This document shows, one piece after another, positions 46,683-57,524 of a stretch of 60,622 nt of DNA. The number at the start of each line of letters is the position of its first letter. The stretch's first letter is position 1. The notes beneath the pieces are model-generated. The model did not search any database. It was not told where the DNA came from and saw nothing but the letters and a program-made list of their open reading frames with translations. Location: IMG/VR virus record IMGVR_UViG_3300000116_000009. One strand, written 5' to 3'. The stretch is from an uncultured virus (IMG/VR IMGVR_UViG_3300000116_000009). Taxonomy: Duplodnaviria; Heunggongvirae; Uroviricota; Caudoviricetes. A program made the translations under genes and the position numbers.

Positions 46683-48770
46683 ATGGCTGACGGAACAGAA
46701 GAAATTAAAAAAGAATTAAATAGAGTAGCTGAAGAGGCTGCTGCTATATTTCAGGATGCTTTAACTAGCATTGCTGCTACTTTTGGTGAAAAACTAAGAG
46801 AAGAAACATCTACTTTAGATGATGCACAAAAAACTCTCCTTAGAAATTTTAAAAATAATATAGCTTCAACAGCTCGAGGAGCTTCATCATTACTTGATAT
46901 TCAATCAAAATTAAGAGATGGTTCTATTAAACAAAGAGATTTAGATAAAGCTAAAGCTTCAATAGATTCCCAAATTAACAAATTAAGTGTAGACAAAATT
47001 GCACTGTTAAAATCAGGAGTAGAATTATCTAATAAAGAAAATGAAAGAGCCAAAGATGCAATAAAATTTGCTGAAGATAGAAAAGCAGAATTACAGGAAA
47101 TTGAAGATATTCAAAATAAAATTAATAGAGAATTAGGAATTTCAGGTGGGCTTTTTTCTGCTATAGATAAAATATTTAAATCAATAGGAATAAGTAATCC
47201 TTTTGGAGAAGCTTTAGAAAAAACTAAAGCAGCTAGAGGAGCAATTGCTCTTAATAATAAAGAAATTAAAGATTTAGGTAATAGTGATAAAAAACGTGTT
47301 AAGTTTTTAAAAGAACAAAATGAAACTTTGCAATCCCAAACTTCTCTTGCTGATAATATAGCAGAAAGTTTTAGTCTTACTAATTTATATAGTGCTGCTG
47401 CTCTTTTAGTATTAAATAAAATGGTTGGAGCCTTTCAAAGATTAAATGAAGCTCAAGTTGCATCTCTTAGAAATACAGGAGAGATTGTTAATATAAATCA
47501 ACAATTTAATGATTCATTATTATTAGGTGCTGATTACTTAGATCAAATTAATTCTTTAACAGAACAATTTGGTTTTAATACAACTAAAGCTTTTGATGCT
47601 TTAAATATAGAGGAAGCTGCAGAATTAACTAAATTTATGGGCTTAGCAGCTGGAGAAGCTAATGCTCTAGCTTTAAATGCCCAAATAAGTGGTGAAAATT
47701 TAAAAGAAGGAGCAGATCAAGCTGTTAGAGCTATTAACCCTGCATTCTCACAAAGAAAAATACTACAAGATATAGCTAAACTCTCAGCATCTATTGCAAT
47801 TTCATTTGGAAACAGCAATGTTGCATTAGCAAAAGCAGCTTCAGATGCTAAAGAATTAGGATTAAATTTAGATCAAGTTGATAAAATAGCGGGAGGTTTA
47901 TTAGATATTGAAAGCTCAATAGCTAAAGAATTTGAAGCAGAAGTTATATCAGGTAAACAATTAAATTTAGAACGAGCAAGATATTTTGCTTTAACTAATG
48001 ATTTAGCAGGAGTAACAAAAGAGTTAACTAATCAAGGGATTACACAAAAATCCTTTGCTGAATCTAATAGAATAGAACAAGAAGCAGTAGCTGGGGCTAT
48101 TGGTTTAAGTAGAGATGAATTAGCTGCTTCCTTACGAGAACAAGCTTTACTTAGTACCATGTCTGCTGAAGAAATTAAAGCTAAGGAAGCATCTGATTTA
48201 AAGGCATTAACTGCACAACAAATGCTAAATGATTCTATAGCTAAAATGGCAGAAATTGTTGCAATACCTGCAGCTGCTTTTGCTGCTATAGCTAGTTCTA
48301 CAGCAGGGATGGTTGTTATTTTTGCTGCTTTAACTCCATTAATAGCCTCATTTGCTGTTAAAGCTGTAACTGCAGCTGTTGCAACCTTATCTATGAAAGG
48401 ATTTATTGGTGTTGCTTTAGTTGCTGGTTTGCTAGGAGCAATAGCTTTAGCTACTAAAAGTGTAAATTCTCAACAAGTTGAAGATGGTATAGCACCATCA
48501 TCAAAAGGCCCATTTACTATTACAGATAGTTTTGGTGCAACTGCAATCACAGCTAAAGGAGATGGATTAGCAGTATCACCAAATATTTCAAGAGAAAATA
48601 CTAGAAATAACAACACTCAACTTGATTATGAAAAATTAGCTAACGCAATTGCTATGGGTGCTGAAAAAGGTACATCTCGTGCTAATGTAACAACTAATTT
48701 AGATGGATCAAAAGTATCAAACAGAATACAAGCACCATTAGCAATGAGTACAAGGAAATATTCAGTTTAA
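46683..48770 (+). CDS. Tape measure protein
   Basis: Ala/Leu-rich helical, hydrophobic segment near the C-terminus, follows the chaperone genes. Confidence 0.8.
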   Translation: MADGTEEIKKELNRVAEEAAAIFQDALTSIAATFGEKLREETSTLDDAQKTLLRNFKNNIASTARGASSLLDIQSKLRDGSIKQRDLDKAKASIDSQINKLSVDKIALLKSGVELSNKENERAKDAIKFAEDRKAELQEIEDIQNKINRELGISGGLFSAIDKIFKSIGISNPFGEALEKTKAARGAIALNNKEIKDLGNSDKKRVKFLKEQNETLQSQTSLADNIAESFSLTNLYSAAALLVLNKMVGAFQRLNEAQVASLRNTGEIVNINQQFNDSLLLGADYLDQINSLTEQFGFNTTKAFDALNIEEAAELTKFMGLAAGEANALALNAQISGENLKEGADQAVRAINPAFSQRKILQDIAKLSASIAISFGNSNVALAKAASDAKELGLNLDQVDKIAGGLLDIESSIAKEFEAEVISGKQLNLERARYFALTNDLAGVTKELTNQGITQKSFAESNRIEQEAVAGAIGLSRDELAASLREQALLSTMSAEEIKAKEASDLKALTAQQMLNDSIAKMAEIVAIPAAAFAAIASSTAGMVVIFAALTPLIASFAVKAVTAAVATLSMKGFIGVALVAGLLGAIALATKSVNSQQVEDGIAPSSKGPFTITDSFGATAITAKGDGLAVSPNISRENTRNNNTQLDYEKLANAIAMGAEKGTSRANVTTNLDGSKVSNRIQAPLAMSTRKYSV

Positions 48771-48800
48771 AATATTTATAATAAATAAAATACATTAATT

Positions 48801-49052
48801 ATGACAAAACCAATATTAGGACAACAATTAACATCGACTTTTAGTCCAGATGGGACTGGTGATCCTGTAGTACCATCTGCTTCAGAACAAGCTAAATCAA
48901 CACTACATGATATTACTTCAGCAGATAATATCCCACCACTTCCTTATAAAGGTCCCGCACCACTTAAATTTCAGAATCCATTAGTAGATTCACTTTTAAA
49001 TGGAGAATCATCACTTACAAGAGTAAAATACATAGATAATTTACCTCGATAA
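48801..49052 (+). CDS. Small hypothetical tail protein
   Basis: ORF after an ATATTTAT motif; ends KYIDNLP. Confidence 0.6.
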   Translation: MTKPILGQQLTSTFSPDGTGDPVVPSASEQAKSTLHDITSADNIPPLPYKGPAPLKFQNPLVDSLLNGESSLTRVKYIDNLPR

Positions 49053-51070
49053 TGGCAATATCCCCTTCTGGATCATTATTAGATATTTATAGTAACCCCC
49101 AAAGTTTCCAATATCAATCGAAAAATTTAAAATACGATAAAGATATTAGAGGTGGCGGTTACTCAGGGCAACCTTGGATTAAAAGGATTGCACCTGATAG
49201 TATCGATAATTTAAATTCTTTAACATCACAGGCACTTAGTCTGGATTATCCAATTCGTGGGGGTTCATATGAAGAAATTGCAGCAAGAGAAGATTTTGCT
49301 AGAATAGATCGTTTTTTATTATCTTACCCTGGAGGTCAAGCTTTTTTAGATAAACAAGCAGGTTTAATGCTATCTAACCCAAGAATGCCAATGGCACAAT
49401 CGGGTGGACTCTTTGCAAATCAAGCATATAGTGATGGTCGTAATTTAATGACGCAAATAGCTGATGCTGGAACAGGAATAAGAAATCCTAATGCTGGAAT
49501 AGATATAAATGTTTTAGAAAGGTTTGAAAATAAATATGAATATGTAACTGCTACTACTCCTACTAATGAAAATAGATTAGTATTATTAAAAGACCTTAAA
49601 CTATCTCAACCACCACCATCCACAATAAGTTCAATAAACCAAATTGGTACTATTACTAATAACTTATTAGGTACTATACAAAGCTTAGTTAATGATGCTC
49701 CCTCTATATCCCCCACTGTTTCTTCAACACAATTAAACGTTGCAACGAAATTAGGGATAAACACCGTTACTTCTGGTGAATTATTCAATTACACAGGTGG
49801 GCCCGGTTCATTATATGGGATTGTAAATAATACGTTGATATTAAAAGCTACAAACTCTAAAAATGCTTTTATTGATACTAGTAGAGCTCAAAGATGGATT
49901 GGAGGATTTGGAGAAGAAGACACAAGAACATCAGTTACAAAAAATATATATGGGGAACAGGTACAAGGTAGACCATTAGTAAATTTAGCTTTATCCAAAC
50001 ATTTAGGTGTTAGTTTAAAATACAATTTATCACAACCATTAATAGGAATAAATGCAAATGATGATACTGAAACCTTATTTAGGCAATCTGGAGATGGTTT
50101 TATTAGAGCTGATCAAGAACCCCCACAAAATAACGAAAATCAATTTAGTTATACAATGGGCTATCAAACCCTTGTAAACCAAATTCCTAATAGATTAAAT
50201 AGTTTAAAACCTAATCAAGATTTTAGAAAAGATGTTATAGATCCTTCATTAGTTCAATCTAGAGATTATACAAATCCTAATGTTAATATAGCAACAAGAG
50301 TAGGAATAGGGGATCCAGGTAGCAGACCTGAAAATTTAAGAAAAAATCCTGATGCTCCTTATAGAAGTGGGCAAGATAGCGTTAACATGAAGGATATTGT
50401 TAAAGGTGTAGGCTTTAGTCCTTTTACTAAAGATTATGGTACGAGAGATTTAATTAAATTTAGTTTTGAAACAATTTTAAATTCTAATACAAATTTAGTT
50501 AATGCAACCCATTTTAGAGCATATTTGTCAGGATATAATGATAGTCATAGTGCTGAATGGAGTGCTAAAAGATATTCAGGTAGAGGTGAAAATTTTTACA
50601 CTTACCAAGGAGTTGATAGAGATGTAAGTTTTAATTTTAAAGTAGCAGCTCAATCAAAACAAGAAATGAAATTTCTTTATAGAAAATTAAATTATTTACT
50701 TTCAACTTTATATCCTGACTATAGCAGTGCTGGATCTATGAGAGGTAATATAACTAAATTAACAATAGGAGATTTATTTGTTAGACAAGCTGGAGTTTTA
50801 ACTAGTTTAAATTTAACTGTAGCTGATGATTACCCATGGGAAATAGCCTTTCAAGAAAATGTAGCTGCTGGTGGTGTTGGAGAATTAGTAAATGAAGATT
50901 TAAAAATGTTAGAAGTTCCTCAAATTATAGATGTAGCTGTAAGTTTTAAACCTATTTTAAACGTATTACCACAAACAGGATTTGACATTGATAGTGGAAA
51001 TAATAAACAATCTCCAATATTGATTGCTTCACAAGGAAGCTCAGCTAATAAATTTTTAGGAAACACCTAA
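49052..51070 (+). CDS. Baseplate/tube-initiator protein
   Basis: C-terminal FRAYL..Y.D...W...Y.GR.E.FYTY.G..R.VSF.F tube-like domain. Confidence 0.7.
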   Translation: MAISPSGSLLDIYSNPQSFQYQSKNLKYDKDIRGGGYSGQPWIKRIAPDSIDNLNSLTSQALSLDYPIRGGSYEEIAAREDFARIDRFLLSYPGGQAFLDKQAGLMLSNPRMPMAQSGGLFANQAYSDGRNLMTQIADAGTGIRNPNAGIDINVLERFENKYEYVTATTPTNENRLVLLKDLKLSQPPPSTISSINQIGTITNNLLGTIQSLVNDAPSISPTVSSTQLNVATKLGINTVTSGELFNYTGGPGSLYGIVNNTLILKATNSKNAFIDTSRAQRWIGGFGEEDTRTSVTKNIYGEQVQGRPLVNLALSKHLGVSLKYNLSQPLIGINANDDTETLFRQSGDGFIRADQEPPQNNENQFSYTMGYQTLVNQIPNRLNSLKPNQDFRKDVIDPSLVQSRDYTNPNVNIATRVGIGDPGSRPENLRKNPDAPYRSGQDSVNMKDIVKGVGFSPFTKDYGTRDLIKFSFETILNSNTNLVNATHFRAYLSGYNDSHSAEWSAKRYSGRGENFYTYQGVDRDVSFNFKVAAQSKQEMKFLYRKLNYLLSTLYPDYSSAGSMRGNITKLTIGDLFVRQAGVLTSLNLTVADDYPWEIAFQENVAAGGVGELVNEDLKMLEVPQIIDVAVSFKPILNVLPQTGFDIDSGNNKQSPILIASQGSSANKFLGNT

Positions 51071-51375
51071 TGGCAGGAAGATATCAAAATATAGGAACTC
51101 AAAAAACTACTAATGGTGAAACAATTTATTTGCCAACTAAGTACCCAACACTTGTCCCCTCAAATGATGATTATTATATTATAGCGAGAGAAGAAGATAG
51201 ATTTGATTTAATTGCAAATGATTTTTTTGGTGACCCTACTTTATGGTGGGTTGTAGTAATGGCTAATGATTTACCTGGTGATTCAATGTATGCACCACCT
51301 GGCTTCCAATTAAGGGTACCTGGAAATCTAAATAATGCTTTAACTGCATATGATGTTGAAAACAGTACAATTTAA
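51070..51375 (+). CDS. LysM-type baseplate protein (gp53/gpX-like)
   Basis: DRFDLIA..FFGDPTLWWVV.MAN...G.QLRVP. Confidence 0.8.
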   Translation: MAGRYQNIGTQKTTNGETIYLPTKYPTLVPSNDDYYIIAREEDRFDLIANDFFGDPTLWWVVVMANDLPGDSMYAPPGFQLRVPGNLNNALTAYDVENSTI

Positions 51376-51383
51376 AAAATGTT

Positions 51384-54300
51384 ATGGCTACTAAATATAA
51401 AAATATTGTTGGATCTGCTTTTCTCCCTCATATAAAAAAACAATTTGACACTCGATCATCTATAGTTAAAAAGAAAACAAGATCAAATTCAGATCTTCAA
51501 TACCTTACAAATAGAAATGCTTGGTTTAGATTAAGTTCCTCAGCAGAAACAACAAATGTTATTCCTCCTCAAGAAATCCCTAACCCTTATGGCCCTCAAG
51601 AAGAAGGAGCAACTCCTAGAGATGAAATTGAAAGACAAAATTTAGACAAGTTAGCAGCTTTTAATAATAGTTTTAGTGGGGGTTCTGCTAAAAATAATGT
51701 TTTACAAGGGGGTACCATAATATCTGGTGATAACAATTCTACTAATTTAAGAAAAGGTTTTAAAAGTACCTATTCAAAAGGACCAACTGATGATTTAGGT
51801 TTAAGACCTATGCCTGGTATTACGGGTATTACTATAGGTACAGGAGGAAAATGGCAAACTTTAATGCAAGCAGATGTTGAAATTATTTGCTATGATTTAG
51901 ATCAACTTAATGAAATGTCTAAACTCTATATGAGTTTAGGTGTAACCTGTTTTTTAGAATGGGGGCACGTTCCCTATTTAGATAATTCAGGTAAACTAAT
52001 TAACCAAAACCCTAATTTGGATTTTTTTGGTGAAAAAGATAAAAATCAACTAATAAAATCAATTTCTAAAAAAAGAGAAGCTACTGGTGGTAATTATGAC
52101 GGTTTTGTAGGTACTGTTTATAATTTTAGTTATCAAGGAGATAAGGATGGGGCGTATCTATGTAAGGTGCAACTTATGGGTGCCGGTGGTATGGTAGAAT
52201 CCTTAAAGATAAACACAGCTTTTAATATTGATTTTACAAATGCATCTGATTCTAATGCTAGCGATAAGTATTTTTGCACTTTAGATAATGCCTTAGCTTC
52301 ACTCTCAGAATTTTTAAAACAAGGAAAAATTTATGGTACTACAAAAACTACAAAGCAAGCAGATGGTGTTTTTGATAAATTAGGAGAACTTATTACTGGA
52401 AATCCTCCTCCAATTGAGGCAATTGATGGAACTTTTGGTAAAGTTTCTAAGGAAAGTTTTTTTAAAAATTTTACAGCTTCAGGAACAAATGAAACACAAG
52501 CTAAATCATTAGGTATAAACTTAAAATGGGGTACTTTATTAAATAAAATTTATGGATCTGCTGCATATAGTCCTTTTTCCTTTATAGAAAATAATGAAGA
52601 GGGTACTGTTAATTATACTAATGAAAATTCCCCTGCTGAATATGGTAACGCTCATCAAATAATTTCTGGAATATCATCAGATAATGATGAACTTTCTCCT
52701 ATACCAACTAAATTTTATGCCGGATATGCTGGTGCCTTTAGAGGTGGATTTTGGGATTGGAAGATTGATGCAGATAAAGATATTCAATCTTTTATAACCT
52801 TTGGTCATTTACTAGCTTTAATTAATAGTTTAGGAATATTTGTTGAATCAAAAACAAAAATCCTAAATAAAGATGCTACACCTGCACTTTATATAGATTA
52901 CCACCCTGATAACACAGAAATAGATTTAGCTCCTGTAGTAGCAAGTATTAATCCTTTTAAATGTATAGTCCCCTTTAAACCTATAACACCTTATAAAGAT
53001 TTTTTTAAGGTTTTATCTATTGACAAACCTACAGTATGGCCTTGGAATAAAGTTCCTGAAAACCAAGGGTTATCATCTCACAATCTTAATAAAGCTGGAG
53101 TAGGTAATAAAATAAACGATACATACCCACCTAGTGAATTTGTAGATAATAAAAATAAAGGTAAATTAATGAATGTTTTAATTAACATTGATTTTGCTAG
53201 AGATACCTTAAGAAAAACTAAGGATTCTAATAATGATGTAAATTTAATAGAATATATTACTAAAATATTAGCGGGAATTAATGAATCTTTAGGAGGAGTA
53301 AATAATTTTAGAACTTTTGTAGATGAATGTGGGTCTGTTTTAAGAATTATTGATGAAAAACTTTTAGAACCTATTACTGACCCAAATGATTCAAGGTTAG
53401 TTACTATTCCAACTTTTGGTACTACCTCTATAGCTTATGATGCAAGTTATAGTTCTGCTATAACTCCAAAACTATCAGCCCAAATAGTTATTGCAACTCA
53501 AGCACAAGGAGGAGGAATTCAAGATTTTTCAGAAGATGTTTTATCATATCAGTCTTTAAATGCTGGTGTAAAAGATAGATTTTCTTCTTATAAGTTTCCT
53601 GCTATTAAAAATTTAGATGGGGTTGACCAAAAAACTAAAGATGCGGAATCCGCTAAGAATGTAAAGTTACAATTAAAATTATATGATCATATATGGACCG
53701 TTTATACAACAGATCCTGAAGAGATTAGTAATACAAATTGTAATAATATGACAAGTCCATATATTGATTTATCAAATACTACTTCTAAAAAAATATTTTC
53801 AGGAGATGCTAATCAAAATAAAAATAAATCTTCTATATTAATCCCCTTAGAATACACCGTTACAATAGATGGAATAGGAGGAATTTTACCTTATAACGCT
53901 TTTAGAATACCTAATAATAGATTACCTGAAAGGTATCGAAATAGAGTAGCATTTGCTGTATTTTCAATAAATCATAGTTTTGAAAATAATAGTTGGCTTA
54001 CTACTTTAAGAGGTCAAACTATTATGTTAGATACTCCTAAAACTTTATCCACTACCTCTACAGTTGGGGGAGGTGGAGATGCTGACCCACCTAAAATAAA
54101 CCCGTCTATATCTTTAAGTTATCCTAATGAAACTTTAACAGGAATAACAACTACTGAAAAAGAAGTAACATATACAGAAATTGATAGTCCTGGTGGAACA
54201 ACAGAAAATTCTAATGCTACCCCTCCATCCCCCGTTTTGGATGCTTTTACTGTTATTCCCACTAATCCTAATATAAATGTAACCCCTTTAGCTCCAAGGG

Positions 54301-54803
54301 CACAATATCCACCAGATATTATAGCAGCGGCACAAATAATTCCATCATGGGAAAATTATCCTAATGAATCTACATATGAACCATATAAAGATACAGATTA
54401 TACAGTATCAGAAGGTTTTAAATGGAGGATTGGGTTTGGTACTGAAACTATTACTAGAAATGGAACATTTAGAGACGTATTAAGAAGTGATAAAATAACA
54501 AATGATGAAGCCTATGATGATTTTTATAGACTAATAACAACTGTGACAAAACCCTTTGTAATTAGTAAATTACAAGGAAGAGGAATTGACTATAATACTT
54601 TAGATGTAAAAGTACAGGTTATATTTTTAGATATAGCTTATAATTATGGTGGGAACCATAGAACTTTATACAATTCGTTTATAAATGCTTATATAGCAGA
54701 TGGAAAACAAGGGTTAATTAATGAATTACAAAGAAGAGCCGATTTAGGACCAAATCAAGTTCCATCTCGTAGATTAAAAGAAATAGGATATTTAAAAACA
54801 TAA
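51384..54803 (+). CDS. Baseplate hub protein with C-terminal lysozyme-like domain
   Basis: PMPGIT, LEWG, YD..VG.V.NF, IDGIGG...F.I..I.H...W.T.L; C-terminal E..PY.D..RIGFG..AYNYG..RR.KE. Confidence 0.75.
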   Translation: MATKYKNIVGSAFLPHIKKQFDTRSSIVKKKTRSNSDLQYLTNRNAWFRLSSSAETTNVIPPQEIPNPYGPQEEGATPRDEIERQNLDKLAAFNNSFSGGSAKNNVLQGGTIISGDNNSTNLRKGFKSTYSKGPTDDLGLRPMPGITGITIGTGGKWQTLMQADVEIICYDLDQLNEMSKLYMSLGVTCFLEWGHVPYLDNSGKLINQNPNLDFFGEKDKNQLIKSISKKREATGGNYDGFVGTVYNFSYQGDKDGAYLCKVQLMGAGGMVESLKINTAFNIDFTNASDSNASDKYFCTLDNALASLSEFLKQGKIYGTTKTTKQADGVFDKLGELITGNPPPIEAIDGTFGKVSKESFFKNFTASGTNETQAKSLGINLKWGTLLNKIYGSAAYSPFSFIENNEEGTVNYTNENSPAEYGNAHQIISGISSDNDELSPIPTKFYAGYAGAFRGGFWDWKIDADKDIQSFITFGHLLALINSLGIFVESKTKILNKDATPALYIDYHPDNTEIDLAPVVASINPFKCIVPFKPITPYKDFFKVLSIDKPTVWPWNKVPENQGLSSHNLNKAGVGNKINDTYPPSEFVDNKNKGKLMNVLINIDFARDTLRKTKDSNNDVNLIEYITKILAGINESLGGVNNFRTFVDECGSVLRIIDEKLLEPITDPNDSRLVTIPTFGTTSIAYDASYSSAITPKLSAQIVIATQAQGGGIQDFSEDVLSYQSLNAGVKDRFSSYKFPAIKNLDGVDQKTKDAESAKNVKLQLKLYDHIWTVYTTDPEEISNTNCNNMTSPYIDLSNTTSKKIFSGDANQNKNKSSILIPLEYTVTIDGIGGILPYNAFRIPNNRLPERYRNRVAFAVFSINHSFENNSWLTTLRGQTIMLDTPKTLSTTSTVGGGGDADPPKINPSISLSYPNETLTGITTTEKEVTYTEIDSPGGTTENSNATPPSPVLDAFTVIPTNPNINVTPLAPRAQYPPDIIAAAQIIPSWENYPNESTYEPYKDTDYTVSEGFKWRIGFGTETITRNGTFRDVLRSDKITNDEAYDDFYRLITTVTKPFVISKLQGRGIDYNTLDVKVQVIFLDIAYNYGGNHRTLYNSFINAYIADGKQGLINELQRRADLGPNQVPSRRLKEIGYLKT

Positions 54804-54804
54804 T

Positions 54805-55764
54805 ATGTCATACATACCCAAATCTTTAGTTAATAGTAATTTATACACTTCGGGTGGTGAATTTACTACTACGTCTGGTAAAGCTTATGTTGGTTATTAT
54901 CATCAAACTTTTAGTGGTAATATATCTACAGGAAAAACTCCTAATAGTCCTAATTCTGTTAAATTAATAGAAAATTACAATCCAAATCCTATTAATAATT
55001 ATATAGTCCAAACACCTGAAAATTTAAATTATTCAGGTATTCAACCAGCAAACCAAGCATTATATCAATCCTCTGGTGATCCTTTACCTATGTTTCCTAT
55101 TCTTACAGGCAAAGATTACCAAAGAGGTCAAATAATAAGATATTTTGCTAAAAAAAGAAATGATATTACTCCTAAAATTATAGAAATATCTAAAGAAGCT
55201 TATAATGATTTAAATGTAAATGCGGGAAGGTATAACTATGCGTTATGGACTGTAACTCGTGTATTTTGGAAAATTTCAGGCCCATTAAAAGATTCATTAA
55301 ATTCTAACGGTGTTAAAACATCTGGAATTGTTGATACAAATCAAAGATTAGTAAATACAGCAGAAGAAACTTTTAAGGGTATTAAACAATATTTATCTAA
55401 TTTAATTCAATTCGCTGCTAAATCTGAATTAATATTAATAGAAGGATTATATACTGGAGGTGACGAATTAACAGATAGAAAAGATAATAGTAATTATATT
55501 GGTTATTATCATATTATGGCTGATAAAAAAATTATGGATGGTGCTACACATAAACAATCTACAGGAATAATACTTTTAGCATCTGATTATTTAGTAACAA
55601 ATTCAATAAATGGTTTAATCCAACAAGCTTTAGGAGAAGTAGGAGCACAAGATAGCGTGGTTCCTACAAATAACAGTCGTACATTACAAACGCAATTAGA
55701 AAATAACATCTCTACTACACCTGTAGTAAGACAACCCTCAGGAGGTGGTGGTGGAGGTTATTAA
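54805..55764 (+). CDS. Hypothetical virion protein
   Basis: Duplicated LYT.G.E..Y.GYYH module; DY.RG.I.RYF. Confidence 0.65.
   Translation: MSYIPKSLVNSNLYTSGGEFTTTSGKAYVGYYHQTFSGNISTGKTPNSPNSVKLIENYNPNPINNYIVQTPENLNYSGIQPANQALYQSSGDPLPMFPILTGKDYQRGQIIRYFAKKRNDITPKIIEISKEAYNDLNVNAGRYNYALWTVTRVFWKISGPLKDSLNSNGVKTSGIVDTNQRLVNTAEETFKGIKQYLSNLIQFAAKSELILIEGLYTGGDELTDRKDNSNYIGYYHIMADKKIMDGATHKQSTGIILLASDYLVTNSINGLIQQALGEVGAQDSVVPTNNSRTLQTQLENNISTTPVVRQPSGGGGGGY
55657..55687 (+). promoter_or_regulatory. Bipartite promoter embedded in the upstream CDS, ahead of the polymerase gene
   Basis: GTGG-N17-CGTACATTAC. Confidence 0.45.
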
Positions 55765-55784
55765 ATAGTTATGGAAAATAGGTT

Positions 55785-57089
55785 ATGTATTATATTGTTG
55801 AGACGGAACAGCAACTAAAAAACTTACACTGTTCTGGTAATAAATGTTATATTAAGATAATACCCATGAATGATGAATATCATTCTGTTTTGTCATCTCC
55901 CTGTTTAGTTTATTTTAAAACTGAAAATAGTAAGGGATATATGTTTCCTATTAACCACAGTGAGGCATTTAAGTTACCTTTTGATAAAGTAATGAAGTGG
56001 ATAGATTCTAAATATGATCGAATTTATACCTTAAATAAGAAAGAAGTTTTGTATTATTTTGATAATAATAAATTAGTTGACATTTCTTATGATGGAGATT
56101 CTGATTTTCAACATTATACTAAGTTTCGTGATAGGATGTATTCTTACTTCTCTCATTTGGAGTTTACTAACTCTCTTGTTCCCATATCGAAGCATTATGA
56201 AACAGAAGAAAAAACTTATGAAGATATTAAGTCGTCCTTTTTACAAAATCCAAATATATTTTATAATGAAACTTTACCTAAAGTTTTCAAAGCGATTGAA
56301 GAACAAGGAATAAAAATTCATCCGGATTATTTTCATAAACACTTTAAATACAATGAAAAATCATGGTTTTTAAACGGTGAAACCGTGTATACTAAATACA
56401 ACCTATACAACCTCACCACTCGCCCCACAAACTCATTTAACGGCGTTAACTTTGCTGCTTTAAATAAAAATGATGGTTCAAGAACTGCGTTTATTCCTAA
56501 AAATGATTTGTTTTTTGAATTTGATTATGATTCTTATCATGTAAGAATTCTAGCAAAATTAATTAATTATGAACTAGATAAAGATTCTGTACATACTCAA
56601 TTAGGAAAAATGTATTTTGGCAAAGATACTTTAACTGATGCCGAATATAAGCAATCTAAAGAACAAACTTTCAAACAATTATATGGAGGTGTGTTTGATC
56701 AATATAAAGAAATCCCATTTTTTAAATTAATGACAGAATATGTAAATAAATTATGGGAAAAATTTAATGCAGAAAATAAACTAGAGTTAATAGGAGGTAA
56801 GGTGTTAGCTAAAGAACAAATATTAAACCCAACACCAAATAAAATACTAAATTATATTATCCAATCAGCAGAAACATATAATAATGTAATTTCTGTAAAA
56901 AAAGTTATAGAATATTTGGAGGAGCGACAAAGTAAAGTTATATTATACACGTACGATTCGTTTCTTATAGACTATTCTATCAGTGATGGTAAACACACAT
57001 TACAAAAAATAAAACAATTACTAGAATCAGAGGGTTATGTTATTAAAGCTGGTTATGGCCATAACTATAATTCCTTAAAAAATATTTAA
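55785..57089 (+). CDS. Divergent family-A DNA polymerase
   Basis: T.RP.N, motif A FDYDSYHVR, motif B K..TF..LYG, NY.IQS.E, motif C YTYDS. Confidence 0.8.
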   Translation: MYYIVETEQQLKNLHCSGNKCYIKIIPMNDEYHSVLSSPCLVYFKTENSKGYMFPINHSEAFKLPFDKVMKWIDSKYDRIYTLNKKEVLYYFDNNKLVDISYDGDSDFQHYTKFRDRMYSYFSHLEFTNSLVPISKHYETEEKTYEDIKSSFLQNPNIFYNETLPKVFKAIEEQGIKIHPDYFHKHFKYNEKSWFLNGETVYTKYNLYNLTTRPTNSFNGVNFAALNKNDGSRTAFIPKNDLFFEFDYDSYHVRILAKLINYELDKDSVHTQLGKMYFGKDTLTDAEYKQSKEQTFKQLYGGVFDQYKEIPFFKLMTEYVNKLWEKFNAENKLELIGGKVLAKEQILNPTPNKILNYIIQSAETYNNVISVKKVIEYLEERQSKVILYTYDSFLIDYSISDGKHTLQKIKQLLESEGYVIKAGYGHNYNSLKNI

Positions 57090-57094
57090 TATTT

Positions 57095-57514
57095 ATGGTA
57101 GATTACGAAATTAATTTAGACGATTTGGCAAATAAACTATTTTGCACTTTTACAACTAAGGAAGAATTAGATTCCACATTAGAAACCATAAGGGAACAAT
57201 ACACAATCTTATTTAATAAGATATTTGTTCTTTTTGTAGAATCAACAAATGAGTATGTTTGTACTTATAATGTGGATTCCTTTAATATGTCTAATACTAT
57301 ATTAGATAATACTATTCTTCTCCATAGAAAAAAAGATTCAAACACTCTATACACAATAAACGCCCTTAATGATTTAATTAAAGAATTAAATGAAGGTGTT
57401 TTAGATACTAGTTTTAAAGTAAATTGGCAAGATTACAGAAATTGTATTTTGTTAACTACTGGAGGAGAATTGAAACGACTAGATACAAAGGTATACAATA
57501 TTATTACCTTTTAG
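57095..57514 (+). CDS. Hypothetical protein
   Basis: LFCTF, TYNV, HRKK.SNTLYTINALN motifs; sits between polymerase and SSB. Confidence 0.7.
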   Translation: MVDYEINLDDLANKLFCTFTTKEELDSTLETIREQYTILFNKIFVLFVESTNEYVCTYNVDSFNMSNTILDNTILLHRKKDSNTLYTINALNDLIKELNEGVLDTSFKVNWQDYRNCILLTTGGELKRLDTKVYNIITF

Positions 57515-57524
57515 CCAAAATTAC

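Noticed and set aside
55771..55818. 15-codon ORF overlapping the polymerase start
   Set aside because: Too short, with no support beyond a GTTATG context
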